IMG/VR virus record: IMGVR_UViG_3300017917_004222
Location: 1 to 64,000 of that record
Reading direction: 5' to 3' (one strand)
Length of the DNA stretch: 64,000 nucleotides
DNA from: a virus
Part shown: piece by piece, positions 12,590 to 21,620 of the stretch
How positions within the stretch are numbered: the first letter of the stretch is position 1
Layout of the letters: each line of letters starts with the position of its first letter
Made by a program: the position numbers and the translations under genes
The notes under the pieces: generated by a model
What the model saw: the letters and a program-made list of their open reading frames with translations, nothing else
Database searches by the model: none
What the model was told of the DNA's origin: nothing

Positions 12590-14014
12590 ATGCAATTCGC
12601 AAACGCAATCGACAACCAAAAGACTCGTACCGCCAACGGCATGAAGGCTCGCGTGAGTTCGGCCAACGCCTGTGTTGACCTGTTCTACAACGTGGGTGCC
12701 AGCCGCGGCAAGGACATCATCCCTGCATTCACTGCGGCCTATGTGGAAAACAGTGACCTTGCCCTGCGAATCATGGCTTGGGCCCGAGACGTGCGCGGCG
12801 GTAGTGGCGAACGCCAACTGTTCCGTGACGTCATGGCGCACTTGGAAAACACTAACCCAGCGGACGCTGCTCGACTGATGGCTGTGGTCCCTGAATTGGG
12901 TCGCTGGGACGACTTGTTTGTGTTCAAGACCGATGCCTTGAAGCACAAGGCATACACCATGTTGGGTGACGCACTTCGCGCAAACAATGGCTTGGCTGCC
13001 AAGTGGACTCCTCGCAAGGGTGCTGTGGCTCGCGAAATTCGCGAATTCTTCGGTATGACTCCCAAGCAATACCGCAAGAGCTTGGTGGCCTTGACCAACG
13101 TGGTTGAAACTCAAATGTGTGCCCGTGACTGGGACAACATCAATTACAACCATGTGCCCAGCTTGGCGCATGCACGTTACAAGAAGGCGTTTGGTCGTCA
13201 CGGTACTACCTACGCTGAATACGTGGCCAAGCTGGCCAAGGGCGAAGCTGGTGTCAAGATCAACGCAGGTGCGGTGTTCCCGTACGATGTGTTGAAGGGT
13301 GCAGTGAGCGCTTACGGTATGAAAGCCCTGAGCAAGACCGAACAAGACGCCATGCAAGCCCAATGGGATGCATTGCCCGACTATGTTGGTGACGCTGACG
13401 TGTTGCCTATGGTTGACAGTTCGGGTTCCATGTCTTGCCCAGCAGGCGGCCACAGTTCCAAGTCTGGCTTGACTTGCTTGGAAGTGGCGTTGAGTTTGGG
13501 TCTGTATTTTGCAGACAAGAACCGGGGCAAGTTTGCTGACTGTTTCTTGACTTTCAGTAACCGTCCCAAGCTGGTGAACTTGAAGGGTAACATCATTGAA
13601 AAGATGAACCAAATGAACACCGGCGAAGTTGCTAACACCAACTTGAATGCGGCGTTTGACTTGATCCTTAAGACCGCTGTTGACAACCAGGTGCCTCAGT
13701 CAGAAATGCCTGGCACACTGTTGATCCTGAGCGACATGCAGTTCGACGGGGCCGTAGATGGTCGTGACGAATCTGCCTTGAAGATGATCCGGCGCAAGTA
13801 TCAAGACGCTGGGTACGAAATGCCTCGCGTGGTGTTCTGGAACTTGAATGCCGCATATGGCAACACTCCTGTCAAGTACGACAAGAGTGGAACTGCACTG
13901 GTCAGTGGCTTTGCCCCTGCATTGGCGCAGTCGATCATGGCTAACGATCTTGACGACTTCACCCCAGAAGCTGTCATGCTCAAAACCGTGATGCAGGCGC
14001 GCTACAACGTGTGA
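12590..14014 (+). CDS. DUF2828-family Ro60/TROVE-like helical domain + vWA protein
   Basis: WARDVRGGSGER, GRWDDL, LAAKWTPR; vWA MIDAS DSSGSM, ILSDMQFD, VFWNL. Confidence 0.85.
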   Translation: MQFANAIDNQKTRTANGMKARVSSANACVDLFYNVGASRGKDIIPAFTAAYVENSDLALRIMAWARDVRGGSGERQLFRDVMAHLENTNPADAARLMAVVPELGRWDDLFVFKTDALKHKAYTMLGDALRANNGLAAKWTPRKGAVAREIREFFGMTPKQYRKSLVALTNVVETQMCARDWDNINYNHVPSLAHARYKKAFGRHGTTYAEYVAKLAKGEAGVKINAGAVFPYDVLKGAVSAYGMKALSKTEQDAMQAQWDALPDYVGDADVLPMVDSSGSMSCPAGGHSSKSGLTCLEVALSLGLYFADKNRGKFADCFLTFSNRPKLVNLKGNIIEKMNQMNTGEVANTNLNAAFDLILKTAVDNQVPQSEMPGTLLILSDMQFDGAVDGRDESALKMIRRKYQDAGYEMPRVVFWNLNAAYGNTPVKYDKSGTALVSGFAPALAQSIMANDLDDFTPEAVMLKTVMQARYNV

Positions 14015-14015
14015 T

Positions 14016-14048
14016 AAAATGCCCTGCTAGACAGGGCATTTTTTTTTG
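14016..14048 (+). terminator. intrinsic terminator
   Basis: AAAATGCCCTG/CAGGGCATTTT plus T-tract. Confidence 0.85.
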
Positions 14049-14064
14049 ACTTGGAATACACATC

Positions 14065-14526
14065 ATGAACTACACAGACCACCCACTGGACAATCTAGCT
14101 GCGGCCATGGCCCACGCTGCCTACGAGGCCTTTTCGGAATACCACTACCGAGATCGCGACTGGTCACGGGTCGAACAATGGCGAGCCACCCTGACCCCGG
14201 AACAACGCAGGACCGCAGTGATTCCAGACGAGTGCTTGGTGGAAAAAACACGCCGACACTGTATGAACGACATCACAGTGGTGGGCATGTTCCCGCAGAC
14301 CTGGGGCAGCACTGCTCTGGGGTTCGGCGGCGTTGGTGGCCAGGCCATCACCACTGCCTACACCATTGTGTTGGAATCCAATCTCACAGGCGAACATGCG
14401 GTGTATTTTGGCGGGCGGTTGGCCTACGTGATTCGCCGTGCCACGCCGTTGTTTTTTGAACACATGGCTGCTCGCAACATGCACCGGGTGGCTGGGGCTG
14501 TGGAATTGTATCAGCTGCCCACTTGA
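14065..14526 (+). CDS. hypothetical protein
   Basis: ORF with conserved-looking FPQTWGSTALGFGG. Confidence 0.8.
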   Translation: MNYTDHPLDNLAAAMAHAAYEAFSEYHYRDRDWSRVEQWRATLTPEQRRTAVIPDECLVEKTRRHCMNDITVVGMFPQTWGSTALGFGGVGGQAITTAYTIVLESNLTGEHAVYFGGRLAYVIRRATPLFFEHMAARNMHRVAGAVELYQLPT

Positions 14527-14578
14527 CCAAAATGGCATGTGGTGCTATAATACATAGACAACAGCAACACATGAACCA

Positions 14579-14728
14579 ATGCAATACACACTGATCACAG
14601 CTCGTGGCAAGGTTTTTCAATTCTTTTTGAAGTCGGCTGCTGAACAGTTTCAGCAAGCATACGGGGGTGTTGTGTTTTCACAACAGGTGTTGCAGCAAAA
14701 TCAAAATCAAACTAAAATAACACAATGA
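14579..14728 (+). CDS. hypothetical protein (49 aa)
   Basis: downstream of promoter 14523-14551; ATGA overlap with the next gene. Confidence 0.6.
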   Translation: MQYTLITARGKVFQFFLKSAAEQFQQAYGGVVFSQQVLQQNQNQTKITQ

Positions 14729-15267
14729 CAACTTGGATTACTTCTGACCTTCACTTTGGTCACAAAAACATCATGAAATTCTGTCCTGCCACTCGCGGGC
14801 ACTTTCGTGATATCGACCACATGCATGCTGAAATGATCAGTGCGTGGAACGAGCGAGTTCAACCCGATGATGTGGTGTACGTCTTGGGTGACGTGGCATT
14901 CTTGCCTGCTGCTGAAGCGGTGAAGATTCTCAACCGCTTGGCGGGTCGCAAAATCCTTGTCAAAGGCAATCACGACCGCAAATTGCTTGAGGACCCTGCG
15001 TTCCGCGCATGCTTCGAGGAAGTGCATTCTGACTGGACTGGCCGCGTCAACGGTACCTATGTTCACATGTATCACTTCCCGATTCAGGAATTTGATCAAA
15101 TGCACCGCGGCGCTGTTCACTTTCACGGGCACGTTCACGGCAAGCCCACTGGCTTGGAACGGTATCGCATTCGTGACGTTGGTTATGACGCTACTGGTCA
15201 TGTGGTTGTCAAGATTGACGACATGATTGCTGATGCATTGCGGGGCGAGATTGGCTCTCACCACTAA
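14725..15267 (+). CDS. calcineurin-like metallophosphoesterase
   Basis: DLHFGH, GD, GNHD, HGHVH. Confidence 0.92.
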   Translation: MTTWITSDLHFGHKNIMKFCPATRGHFRDIDHMHAEMISAWNERVQPDDVVYVLGDVAFLPAAEAVKILNRLAGRKILVKGNHDRKLLEDPAFRACFEEVHSDWTGRVNGTYVHMYHFPIQEFDQMHRGAVHFHGHVHGKPTGLERYRIRDVGYDATGHVVVKIDDMIADALRGEIGSHH

Positions 15268-15276
15268 GGAATAACA

Positions 15277-15690
15277 ATGTCTATCGTAAATCAAATTCGC
15301 GAAAAGTCCATCCAGGCTCGTAAAGCAAAAGACAACGAAGCCGCAAGTCTGTTGGTCACTCTGTTGAGTGAAGTCTCTATGGTTGGTAAAAATTCCAACC
15401 GTGAAACCACAGATGCAGAAGCTGTTGCTGTTGTTCGAAAATTCATCAACAACAACCGCGAAACGTTGGGTGTGGCTCTCAAACTCGACCAAGCTCGTGC
15501 CAACGCATTGGTTCGAGAAAATCAGATTCTGGAACAGTTCATGCCACGCCAACTGGGCGAGTATGAACTCAAGGCAATCGCAGTAGGCCGTTCAAACATG
15601 CCTGACTTTATGAAATATCTCAAAGAGCATTTCAACGGTCAATACGATGGTAAGTTGGCTGCTCAGGTGGCCAAGGAAATCTATCAATAA
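15277..15690 (+). CDS. GatB/YqeY domain protein
   Basis: ARKAKD...ENQILEQFMPRQL...GQYDGK YqeY pattern. Confidence 0.8.
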   Translation: MSIVNQIREKSIQARKAKDNEAASLLVTLLSEVSMVGKNSNRETTDAEAVAVVRKFINNNRETLGVALKLDQARANALVRENQILEQFMPRQLGEYELKAIAVGRSNMPDFMKYLKEHFNGQYDGKLAAQVAKEIYQ

Positions 15691-15699
15691 GGAATCATC

Positions 15700-16164
15700 A
15701 TGCCTCGTTGCTATCAATTGATTGGTGTACCTGGCTCGGGCAAAAGCACCTGGGTGGCCAATCAAGACTGGACTGGTGCCTGCGTGATTGTCAGCACTGA
15801 CGCGCATGTTGAAGCCTATGCGGCTGAACAGGGCAAGACCTACAACGAGGTGTTTCATGACTACATGAAGACTGCCACTGCCCTCATGACCGAGGACGTG
15901 CATCGTGCCCGTGAAGCAGGCCTGGATGTGATCTGGGATCAAACTTCCATGAGCGTGAAAAGCCGCCGCAACAAGTTTCGTATGTTACCCAACTACGAAC
16001 ACATTGCCGTGGTGTTTCGCACTCCTGATCGTGAGGAACATGCACGACGATTGGCCAACCGTCCTGGCAAGCTGATTCCCGAGTCAGTGATTGCCAGCAT
16101 GATCGCCAACTACGAGGAGCCTTCTGAAGCGGAAGGCTTCTCTGAAATCTGGTTTGCAGCCTGA
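15700..16164 (+). CDS. P-loop kinase (AAA_33, polynucleotide kinase-like)
   Basis: GVPGSGKST, VSTD, WDQT, RLANR lid. Confidence 0.88.
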   Translation: MPRCYQLIGVPGSGKSTWVANQDWTGACVIVSTDAHVEAYAAEQGKTYNEVFHDYMKTATALMTEDVHRAREAGLDVIWDQTSMSVKSRRNKFRMLPNYEHIAVVFRTPDREEHARRLANRPGKLIPESVIASMIANYEEPSEAEGFSEIWFAA

Positions 16165-16168
16165 GACC

Positions 16169-16516
16169 ATGACACGGATTGAACTTAGAGATTTTGCTGT
16201 GTGGATGCTTAGGCGTCCGTTTCGTGCCCTGCGGCTTGTGGGTCCTGTGCTGGGCTGGGGTTACCGTGTGATCGCCCACGTGGAGCTATTCCTGCTGGTG
16301 CCGGCAGTAGCACTGTTGGGCGCCGTGATGGTGGCAGTGTATGACTCTGCGTTTCTCAACGGTGCGTGGGATCTGTCCCTGCTTCAACAGTTTGGGATTC
16401 ATCGGGTTCCGTTGTATGCAAGCTGGGCAGTGATCCTGTTGGCGTTATTTTTGATCCGCAGCCTGGCCACATTCCGGCGCGAGCGCGAACAACTGCTGCG
16501 GCATCTGCGAGGCTAA
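16169..16516 (+). CDS. membrane protein
   Basis: two hydrophobic segments. Confidence 0.65.
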   Translation: MTRIELRDFAVWMLRRPFRALRLVGPVLGWGYRVIAHVELFLLVPAVALLGAVMVAVYDSAFLNGAWDLSLLQQFGIHRVPLYASWAVILLALFLIRSLATFRREREQLLRHLRG

Positions 16517-16577
16517 ACGGTTGCCCGAAATTGCCACCTGTGCTATAATAACCACATAGCACAGCAAGGAGCAAGTC

Positions 16578-16847
16578 ATGTCCGCACCTCAACAAACAAT
16601 CAAACTCTACACACAAGCCTGTGAATTTGCCTACGCTGAGTGCAAAAAGCATGGACGCACGGGCGGTCCCAGTGATCACGTCTGGCTGGCGCTGTCAACA
16701 GGACGATTTGCCGAGTTGCTTGTTCGAGCCTGTGCTGATGCAGCCGACGAGGCGCATGCGGCTGGTTGCGAATACGCAGGCGACTTTGTTGCTGAACACA
16801 TGGGCTTCGGTGAACAAGGTGGCGTGGCTGCTTGGAGAGCAAAATGA
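16578..16847 (+). CDS. hypothetical protein
   Basis: promoter 16521-16549, AAGGAG SD. Confidence 0.75.
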   Translation: MSAPQQTIKLYTQACEFAYAECKKHGRTGGPSDHVWLALSTGRFAELLVRACADAADEAHAAGCEYAGDFVAEHMGFGEQGGVAAWRAK

Positions 16848-17023
16848 CCGGCACTTACGAACGCATCGCTGAAACCCTGCTCCGTGGGCAGCCCCGGCCA
16901 CGCCGACTTGCACGATTTGTTGACGGGCGCATGCTGACGGGCACTGCCAGTCTGCACCTCACACCGCAGAGCCGTCGCTGGCGCCTGTTCTGGCGACTCA
17001 AATACAACCGACCCAAAAATTGA
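16844..17023 (+). CDS. hypothetical protein
   Basis: ATGA overlap with the upstream gene. Confidence 0.55.
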   Translation: MTGTYERIAETLLRGQPRPRRLARFVDGRMLTGTASLHLTPQSRRWRLFWRLKYNRPKN

Positions 17024-17073
17024 CAATAAAACAGTTTGGGCATATAATCTAGTTTTAGATGAAAGGGTTGTGC

Positions 17074-17283
17074 ATGAGAAACGCCGATCAACTGCTGGCC
17101 GCAGCGCTCAAGACCCAAGACCCAACTGAGTTGTTTCAATTGGTGCAAGAGGCCGTGGATTGCATTCGATTTGTTGAAGCTCGGGAAGCATTTACCAAAA
17201 CCCGTGAAACTCGATTGCAGGACCAAGTCAAGCGTCAAAGCGCAATGATTGAGAACTTGGAACGCACCCTCTGGAAGAAGTAA
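17074..17283 (+). CDS. hypothetical coiled-coil protein
   Basis: promoter 17020-17048. Confidence 0.7.
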   Translation: MRNADQLLAAALKTQDPTELFQLVQEAVDCIRFVEAREAFTKTRETRLQDQVKRQSAMIENLERTLWKK

Positions 17284-17294
17284 GGATCTGCACT

Positions 17295-17702
17295 ATGCCC
17301 AACATCAAAGTAAAACAACTGGAATGGTACATGCAAGATGACCATGAAGAACTGACGGACCAGGCAGTTGGTCCCGAGTTTGTGTTGATTGGTCGCGATG
17401 GTTACTACTGTCAAGGTGACGTGGTCTGGTTTGAGTATGAGGGCCGCGGTTACCTTGCTTACCCGTCGTCCACTCGCAAGCGCGCACGGGAATACTTCTG
17501 CCATACACTCACAGTCAACGACGAAGCAATCCTGCCCCAACGTGAAGTTGAAGCCATGCGTGAAGTCTTGAAAACTTGTCGCGATGCTGGTGTTCGCCGT
17601 GCTATCACCCGGCGTTTGCAATTGCACGACAATGCACAAGCCCTGCGAGAAACTGGCCGCTGCGCTCGTATTGCACGCCGTCGAATCTTGGGCAAATTCT
17701 AA
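17295..17702 (+). CDS. hypothetical protein
   Basis: SD, operon position. Confidence 0.7.
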   Translation: MPNIKVKQLEWYMQDDHEELTDQAVGPEFVLIGRDGYYCQGDVVWFEYEGRGYLAYPSSTRKRAREYFCHTLTVNDEAILPQREVEAMREVLKTCRDAGVRRAITRRLQLHDNAQALRETGRCARIARRRILGKF

Positions 17703-17773
17703 TGTCCAGGGCTGGAGTTGACAATAAATCAATTTGGGCATACAATAACAATATAGACAGTAAGGAGTTGGCA

Positions 17774-18307
17774 ATGGATGTGATTGAACGCGCTGATATG
17801 TTTGCAATGCATGCCCATGAAGATGTGGGTCAGCGCCGCAAATACACCAACGAAGCCTACTACTTTCACCCCCAAGCTGTGGCAGCAATGGTGGCAGCGA
17901 TTCCGGGTGCTACCCCGGCAATGATTGCGGCAGCGCATCTTCATGACGTGTTGGAAGACACTCGGGTGACCGAGCAGGAAATGCGTCAAGAGTTTGGTGA
18001 CGAAATCACTGACCTTGTGTTGTGGCTCACGAATGTGAGTCGCCCGGAAGATGGCAATCGTGCCGCCCGCAAGGCCATCGACCGCGCTCACACTGCGGCG
18101 GCTCCTGGTGCTGCACAGGATATTAAGATTTGTGACTTGATCGACAATATAAAGAGTATTGTGCAACACGACCCGGCATTTGCCCAAGTTTATCTAACAG
18201 AAAAACGAGCACTGCTGGACGTGATGACAAGGGCCAGGCCAGAGTTGCGAGCCGAAGGATATCAACTGTTAGATGACTGCGAAAAGATTTTGCAGCGGTC
18301 AAAATGA
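17774..18307 (+). CDS. HD-domain hydrolase, RelA/SpoT (Mesh1/small alarmone hydrolase)-like
   Basis: AH..Q.RK...Y..HP, AAHLHDVLEDT, IKICDLIDN. Confidence 0.85.
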   Translation: MDVIERADMFAMHAHEDVGQRRKYTNEAYYFHPQAVAAMVAAIPGATPAMIAAAHLHDVLEDTRVTEQEMRQEFGDEITDLVLWLTNVSRPEDGNRAARKAIDRAHTAAAPGAAQDIKICDLIDNIKSIVQHDPAFAQVYLTEKRALLDVMTRARPELRAEGYQLLDDCEKILQRSK

Positions 18308-19044
18308 TATCTTTTCATTCCCGAAACATCACCGCGTTTCCCACAGTGCGGGCATTCGACTTGAATTCGAGGATTCATTTTCCAATCCAATGGTCTACTA
18401 CTAACAGTCTCTTGAAACCTCTTTAATGATTCGGTCTTTGCTGGGCCGCGACTGCCTTTTCCTTTAAATCCGTTATTACCTCTCCGTTTTGATGATTCAC
18501 TAATTTTTTGTTTGTGGTCTGCAGTCAATGCCCGCCCTTTATGAGCTTGGCTTATTTTAATTCGGGTAGCTTGACTCATAGGCAGTCGTGGTTTTCCTCG
18601 GTTAGATTTACCGATTTTCTTTTTAGTTTCTTCTGAGAGCTTGCGGCCAGTCAAATGCTCGGAGATTTGCTGTCTACGTTCTGTCGATAAAGACTTCCCT
18701 CTCGAATGTTGGCCGAAATCTATGTTTATTTTGGCCTTTTCATAAAATCTCGAAGCTCCATTATAACGCTTGTGCGTTTTATAGATCATTTTGCTCATGC
18801 AACGTAATGCCATCCACATTTTCTTTTTATGGATAGGATCTAACACCATATGCGGCAATAGGAGATGAACAATATAGTGTTCTTTAGCTGTTAAATTTAC
18901 TATATTGCACGGTTCATTAGACCCGCCCAACGATCGAGGCACAATGTGATGCCGTTCTTTATAACCAACTAGAAGCGTTCTTGATTGTGCATTATGGACT
19001 ATGTTGTAATACCATTTGGTGTATTTCGATTGATTGAATAGCAT
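18262..19044 (-). CDS. HNH homing endonuclease with NUMOD3 repeats
   Basis: ERHHIVPRSLGGSNEPCNIVNLTAKEHYIVH; SEETKKKIG repeats; C-terminal CPHC; AT-rich. Confidence 0.92.
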   Translation of the reverse strand: MLFNQSKYTKWYYNIVHNAQSRTLLVGYKERHHIVPRSLGGSNEPCNIVNLTAKEHYIVHLLLPHMVLDPIHKKKMWMALRCMSKMIYKTHKRYNGASRFYEKAKINIDFGQHSRGKSLSTERRQQISEHLTGRKLSEETKKKIGKSNRGKPRLPMSQATRIKISQAHKGRALTADHKQKISESSKRRGNNGFKGKGSRGPAKTESLKRFQETVSSRPLDWKMNPRIQVECPHCGKRGDVSGMKRYHFDRCKIFSQSSNS

Positions 19045-19188
19045 TTCTGTGAAATATTAAAAAGGTTGTTATATCCTGCTTGATTTATTTAGCACAGACC
19101 ATCAAGTGTATTGACTCAACTTGACAGAAATTGATGATTGTGCTACACTACTGACAATGAAAAGCCGCACAATCAACCAGGAACAACG

Positions 19189-19707
19189 ATGAACTCACCA
19201 GTAGAACGATCAGCCAACATCTGGGCTAACCGACGCGAACAGCATCCTGACTTGGGCACAGTGTATGTGTTCACTCCCCAGGCGCTGGAGCAGTTTATGG
19301 AGCGTTTCCCCAAACCAGAACTGGCAGGACATTTCCTGGAAAACTTCGGTGGCGAAGGATACTGGCATCAGTGCAAACAAGCAATGCCTGGTATGACAGA
19401 ACCCCTCTATCGAATCCCAGTGGTACCGCAGCCCGTGTCGGAAGAACCCTCGCAATACGGTTCTGCTGAGTTGCAGGCCATGATTGTGTCGCGGGCCTGT
19501 GAAAAGGATCGTGCGGTGTCTGAGTTGAGCGACCAGAAGATCAATGACTTGGTAGTTGAGTATGCCACTGCCGTTGATCAATTGGCCGAGCTTGGCAGGT
19601 ATGTGGATTATGACCCCGACGTGGGTCGAGTGCCTGAGCATTGGGAGGCTGACCCCCGAGTAGTGGCGGCGGTGAAGTACGTTCTTGCCGCGCTGGACAA
19701 CAAATAA
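19189..19707 (+). CDS. hypothetical protein
   Basis: promoter 19121-19149, SD. Confidence 0.7.
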   Translation: MNSPVERSANIWANRREQHPDLGTVYVFTPQALEQFMERFPKPELAGHFLENFGGEGYWHQCKQAMPGMTEPLYRIPVVPQPVSEEPSQYGSAELQAMIVSRACEKDRAVSELSDQKINDLVVEYATAVDQLAELGRYVDYDPDVGRVPEHWEADPRVVAAVKYVLAALDNK

Positions 19708-19720
19708 CCCAGGAGTTGAC

Positions 19721-19951
19721 ATGAGTTTGCAAGGTGAAATGGACGGACCGTGCACCAGCTGGCGCTGCAGTGGACGGGCGGAAAAAACTCGTGCTACTTT
19801 TTGGAACCGGCGTGACCACAAATGGGTGTGCTACGATTGTGCAGTCACGCACAACCGTGACATAGTTTCCAGGCATTCACCGGAATTCATCAAAGAGTAT
19901 AAATGCGTCCCTGGCAAAGAACACATGTGGGAGTTGTTGACAAATGGCTGA
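19721..19951 (+). CDS. small Zn-finger-like protein
   Basis: CTSWRC...CYDC. Confidence 0.7.
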   Translation: MSLQGEMDGPCTSWRCSGRAEKTRATFWNRRDHKWVCYDCAVTHNRDIVSRHSPEFIKEYKCVPGKEHMWELLTNG

Positions 19952-20345
19952 TATGTCTGAGGAAGAATTCATCGGGCGCGCTCACTCCTTCATGCAGGCG
20001 CTGTCTCAGTTCTACGGTGCCGAGCGTGGACATGAGTTTTGGACTCAACTGGCGCCCATTGTAGGCGACGACATTCAAAATCAAATCTTTTGCCGCATGT
20101 TGCGGGGCGACAACATTGGCACTACTGTTCGATTCATGAGCCAGGGCGTGATACCTCCCAGCCTAGCAATTCTGGTTATCAAAGCCCTACGTCACGCCAC
20201 TGGCATGAGTCTCAAGGACGCCAAGTCAGCATGGGAAGATGTCTCCCGCGGGTATGATGTTACAGTGAAATGCACAGATGCCAGTTGGGCGCGAGAACTT
20301 GCTGGTGAATTGCGTGGGTTTGGGTTTGCGGTCGAGCGTGGTTGA
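19944..20345 (+). CDS. protein with ribosomal L7/L12 C-terminal-like domain
   Basis: VIKALRHATGMSLKDAK motif. Confidence 0.7.
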   Translation: MADMSEEEFIGRAHSFMQALSQFYGAERGHEFWTQLAPIVGDDIQNQIFCRMLRGDNIGTTVRFMSQGVIPPSLAILVIKALRHATGMSLKDAKSAWEDVSRGYDVTVKCTDASWARELAGELRGFGFAVERG

Positions 20346-20394
20346 CCCAAAACCCTGTTTCGTGTAAAATAGTGTTTTAGACAGCGAGAATACC

Positions 20395-21309
20395 ATGAAC
20401 AAAGATCAATTGCGAGAATTCGTTGAGTCCAATCCTCAGTTGGTGCGGGCTCGTGACGCCGGCAATGGTCTGCAGGTTCTCAAATACTCCAAGCGAGTGT
20501 TTTTTGACAACTTGTGGAACGAGTTCTTGGAAGAATGTCGCGGCACTATTGTGGATTCGGACTACAATCTTGTGACCCGTCCGTTCACTAAAATTTACAA
20601 CTATGGCATCGAAAGCCGTGCTCCTGTGTTGGCACCTGACACCCCTGTGACTGCGTATCGCAAGGTCAACGGGTTCATGGTTGCAGTAACCTGGTACAAC
20701 GGAGACATTCTGGTCAGCACCACTGGGTCCACTGACTCGCCTTATGTGGTTATGGCTCGTGAAATGATGCTGAAACACCAGTGCTGGGAAGATTGGCAAA
20801 TCGCAGTGCGCGGAGCCAAAGACTTCACCTTGATGTTTGAATGTGTGCATCCTGACGATCCGCACATCATCACCGAGGACCCTGGCATGTATTTCTTGGG
20901 CTATCGCGAAAACACTTGGGATAGCAAAGTCAAAATGTACGGCCGGGATATGGCTGACTGGTCGCGTGATTACGCAATGGGTCAACTCAAATGTTATTAT
21001 GCAGAACCTGAGTTCATGACTGTTGCAGAATTGGTTGAAAAGACCCGCTCTGTTCGTCACGAAGGGTTTGTGTTCTACACCGAGGACAACACCAGCGCCA
21101 AAATCAAGTCTCCCTACTACTTGACTGCCAAGTGGGTGGCTCGTAATCCTCGCACCGACAAGTTGGTGGATTTGAAAAACGATATCAAGAAAAATCTTGA
21201 CGAGGAATACTATCCATTGGTTGACGCTATCCGCGCCAACATCGAGTCTTACACTGCCATGGACGAGCAAGCTCGCCTGGCTTGGGTGCGAAACTTTGTG
21301 GGTGCATGA
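20395..21309 (+). CDS. RNA ligase, T4 Rnl1 family
   Basis: ECRG, RPFTKIYN, motif I KVNG, FECVHP, EGFV, KIKSPYY. Confidence 0.9.
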   Translation: MNKDQLREFVESNPQLVRARDAGNGLQVLKYSKRVFFDNLWNEFLEECRGTIVDSDYNLVTRPFTKIYNYGIESRAPVLAPDTPVTAYRKVNGFMVAVTWYNGDILVSTTGSTDSPYVVMAREMMLKHQCWEDWQIAVRGAKDFTLMFECVHPDDPHIITEDPGMYFLGYRENTWDSKVKMYGRDMADWSRDYAMGQLKCYYAEPEFMTVAELVEKTRSVRHEGFVFYTEDNTSAKIKSPYYLTAKWVARNPRTDKLVDLKNDIKKNLDEEYYPLVDAIRANIESYTAMDEQARLAWVRNFVGA

Positions 21310-21620
21310 TGGCTATTCGCAGCGGTGATTGTGTGGTTCGCATACGCGACCTACAGATTGGCTCAGTCGAAGTCAAGGACGTTTGGGGCGACCGCGCTTG
21401 GCTCGATCCCAAATATGAACCTTTCTGGGAGAATTTCCTTGCGCATGTCAGAAATGTGGCGCGAGGGATTCGAGAGCGCTACGTAGACGAGGATGTGATC
21501 ATCAACCAACAACTCAGTGCATTCAACGCCACGTTCAAACGCACCCGGCGTTGGGACGACAGTTACATCAAGTTCAAGTCAGCTGCCGACTATACCTTTT
21601 TTTTATTGAAGTGGTCATGA
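21306..21620 (+). CDS. hypothetical, C-terminal F-x-L-K-W family
   Basis: ends FKSAADYTFFLLKWS. Confidence 0.75.
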   Translation: MMAIRSGDCVVRIRDLQIGSVEVKDVWGDRAWLDPKYEPFWENFLAHVRNVARGIRERYVDEDVIINQQLSAFNATFKRTRRWDDSYIKFKSAADYTFFLLKWS

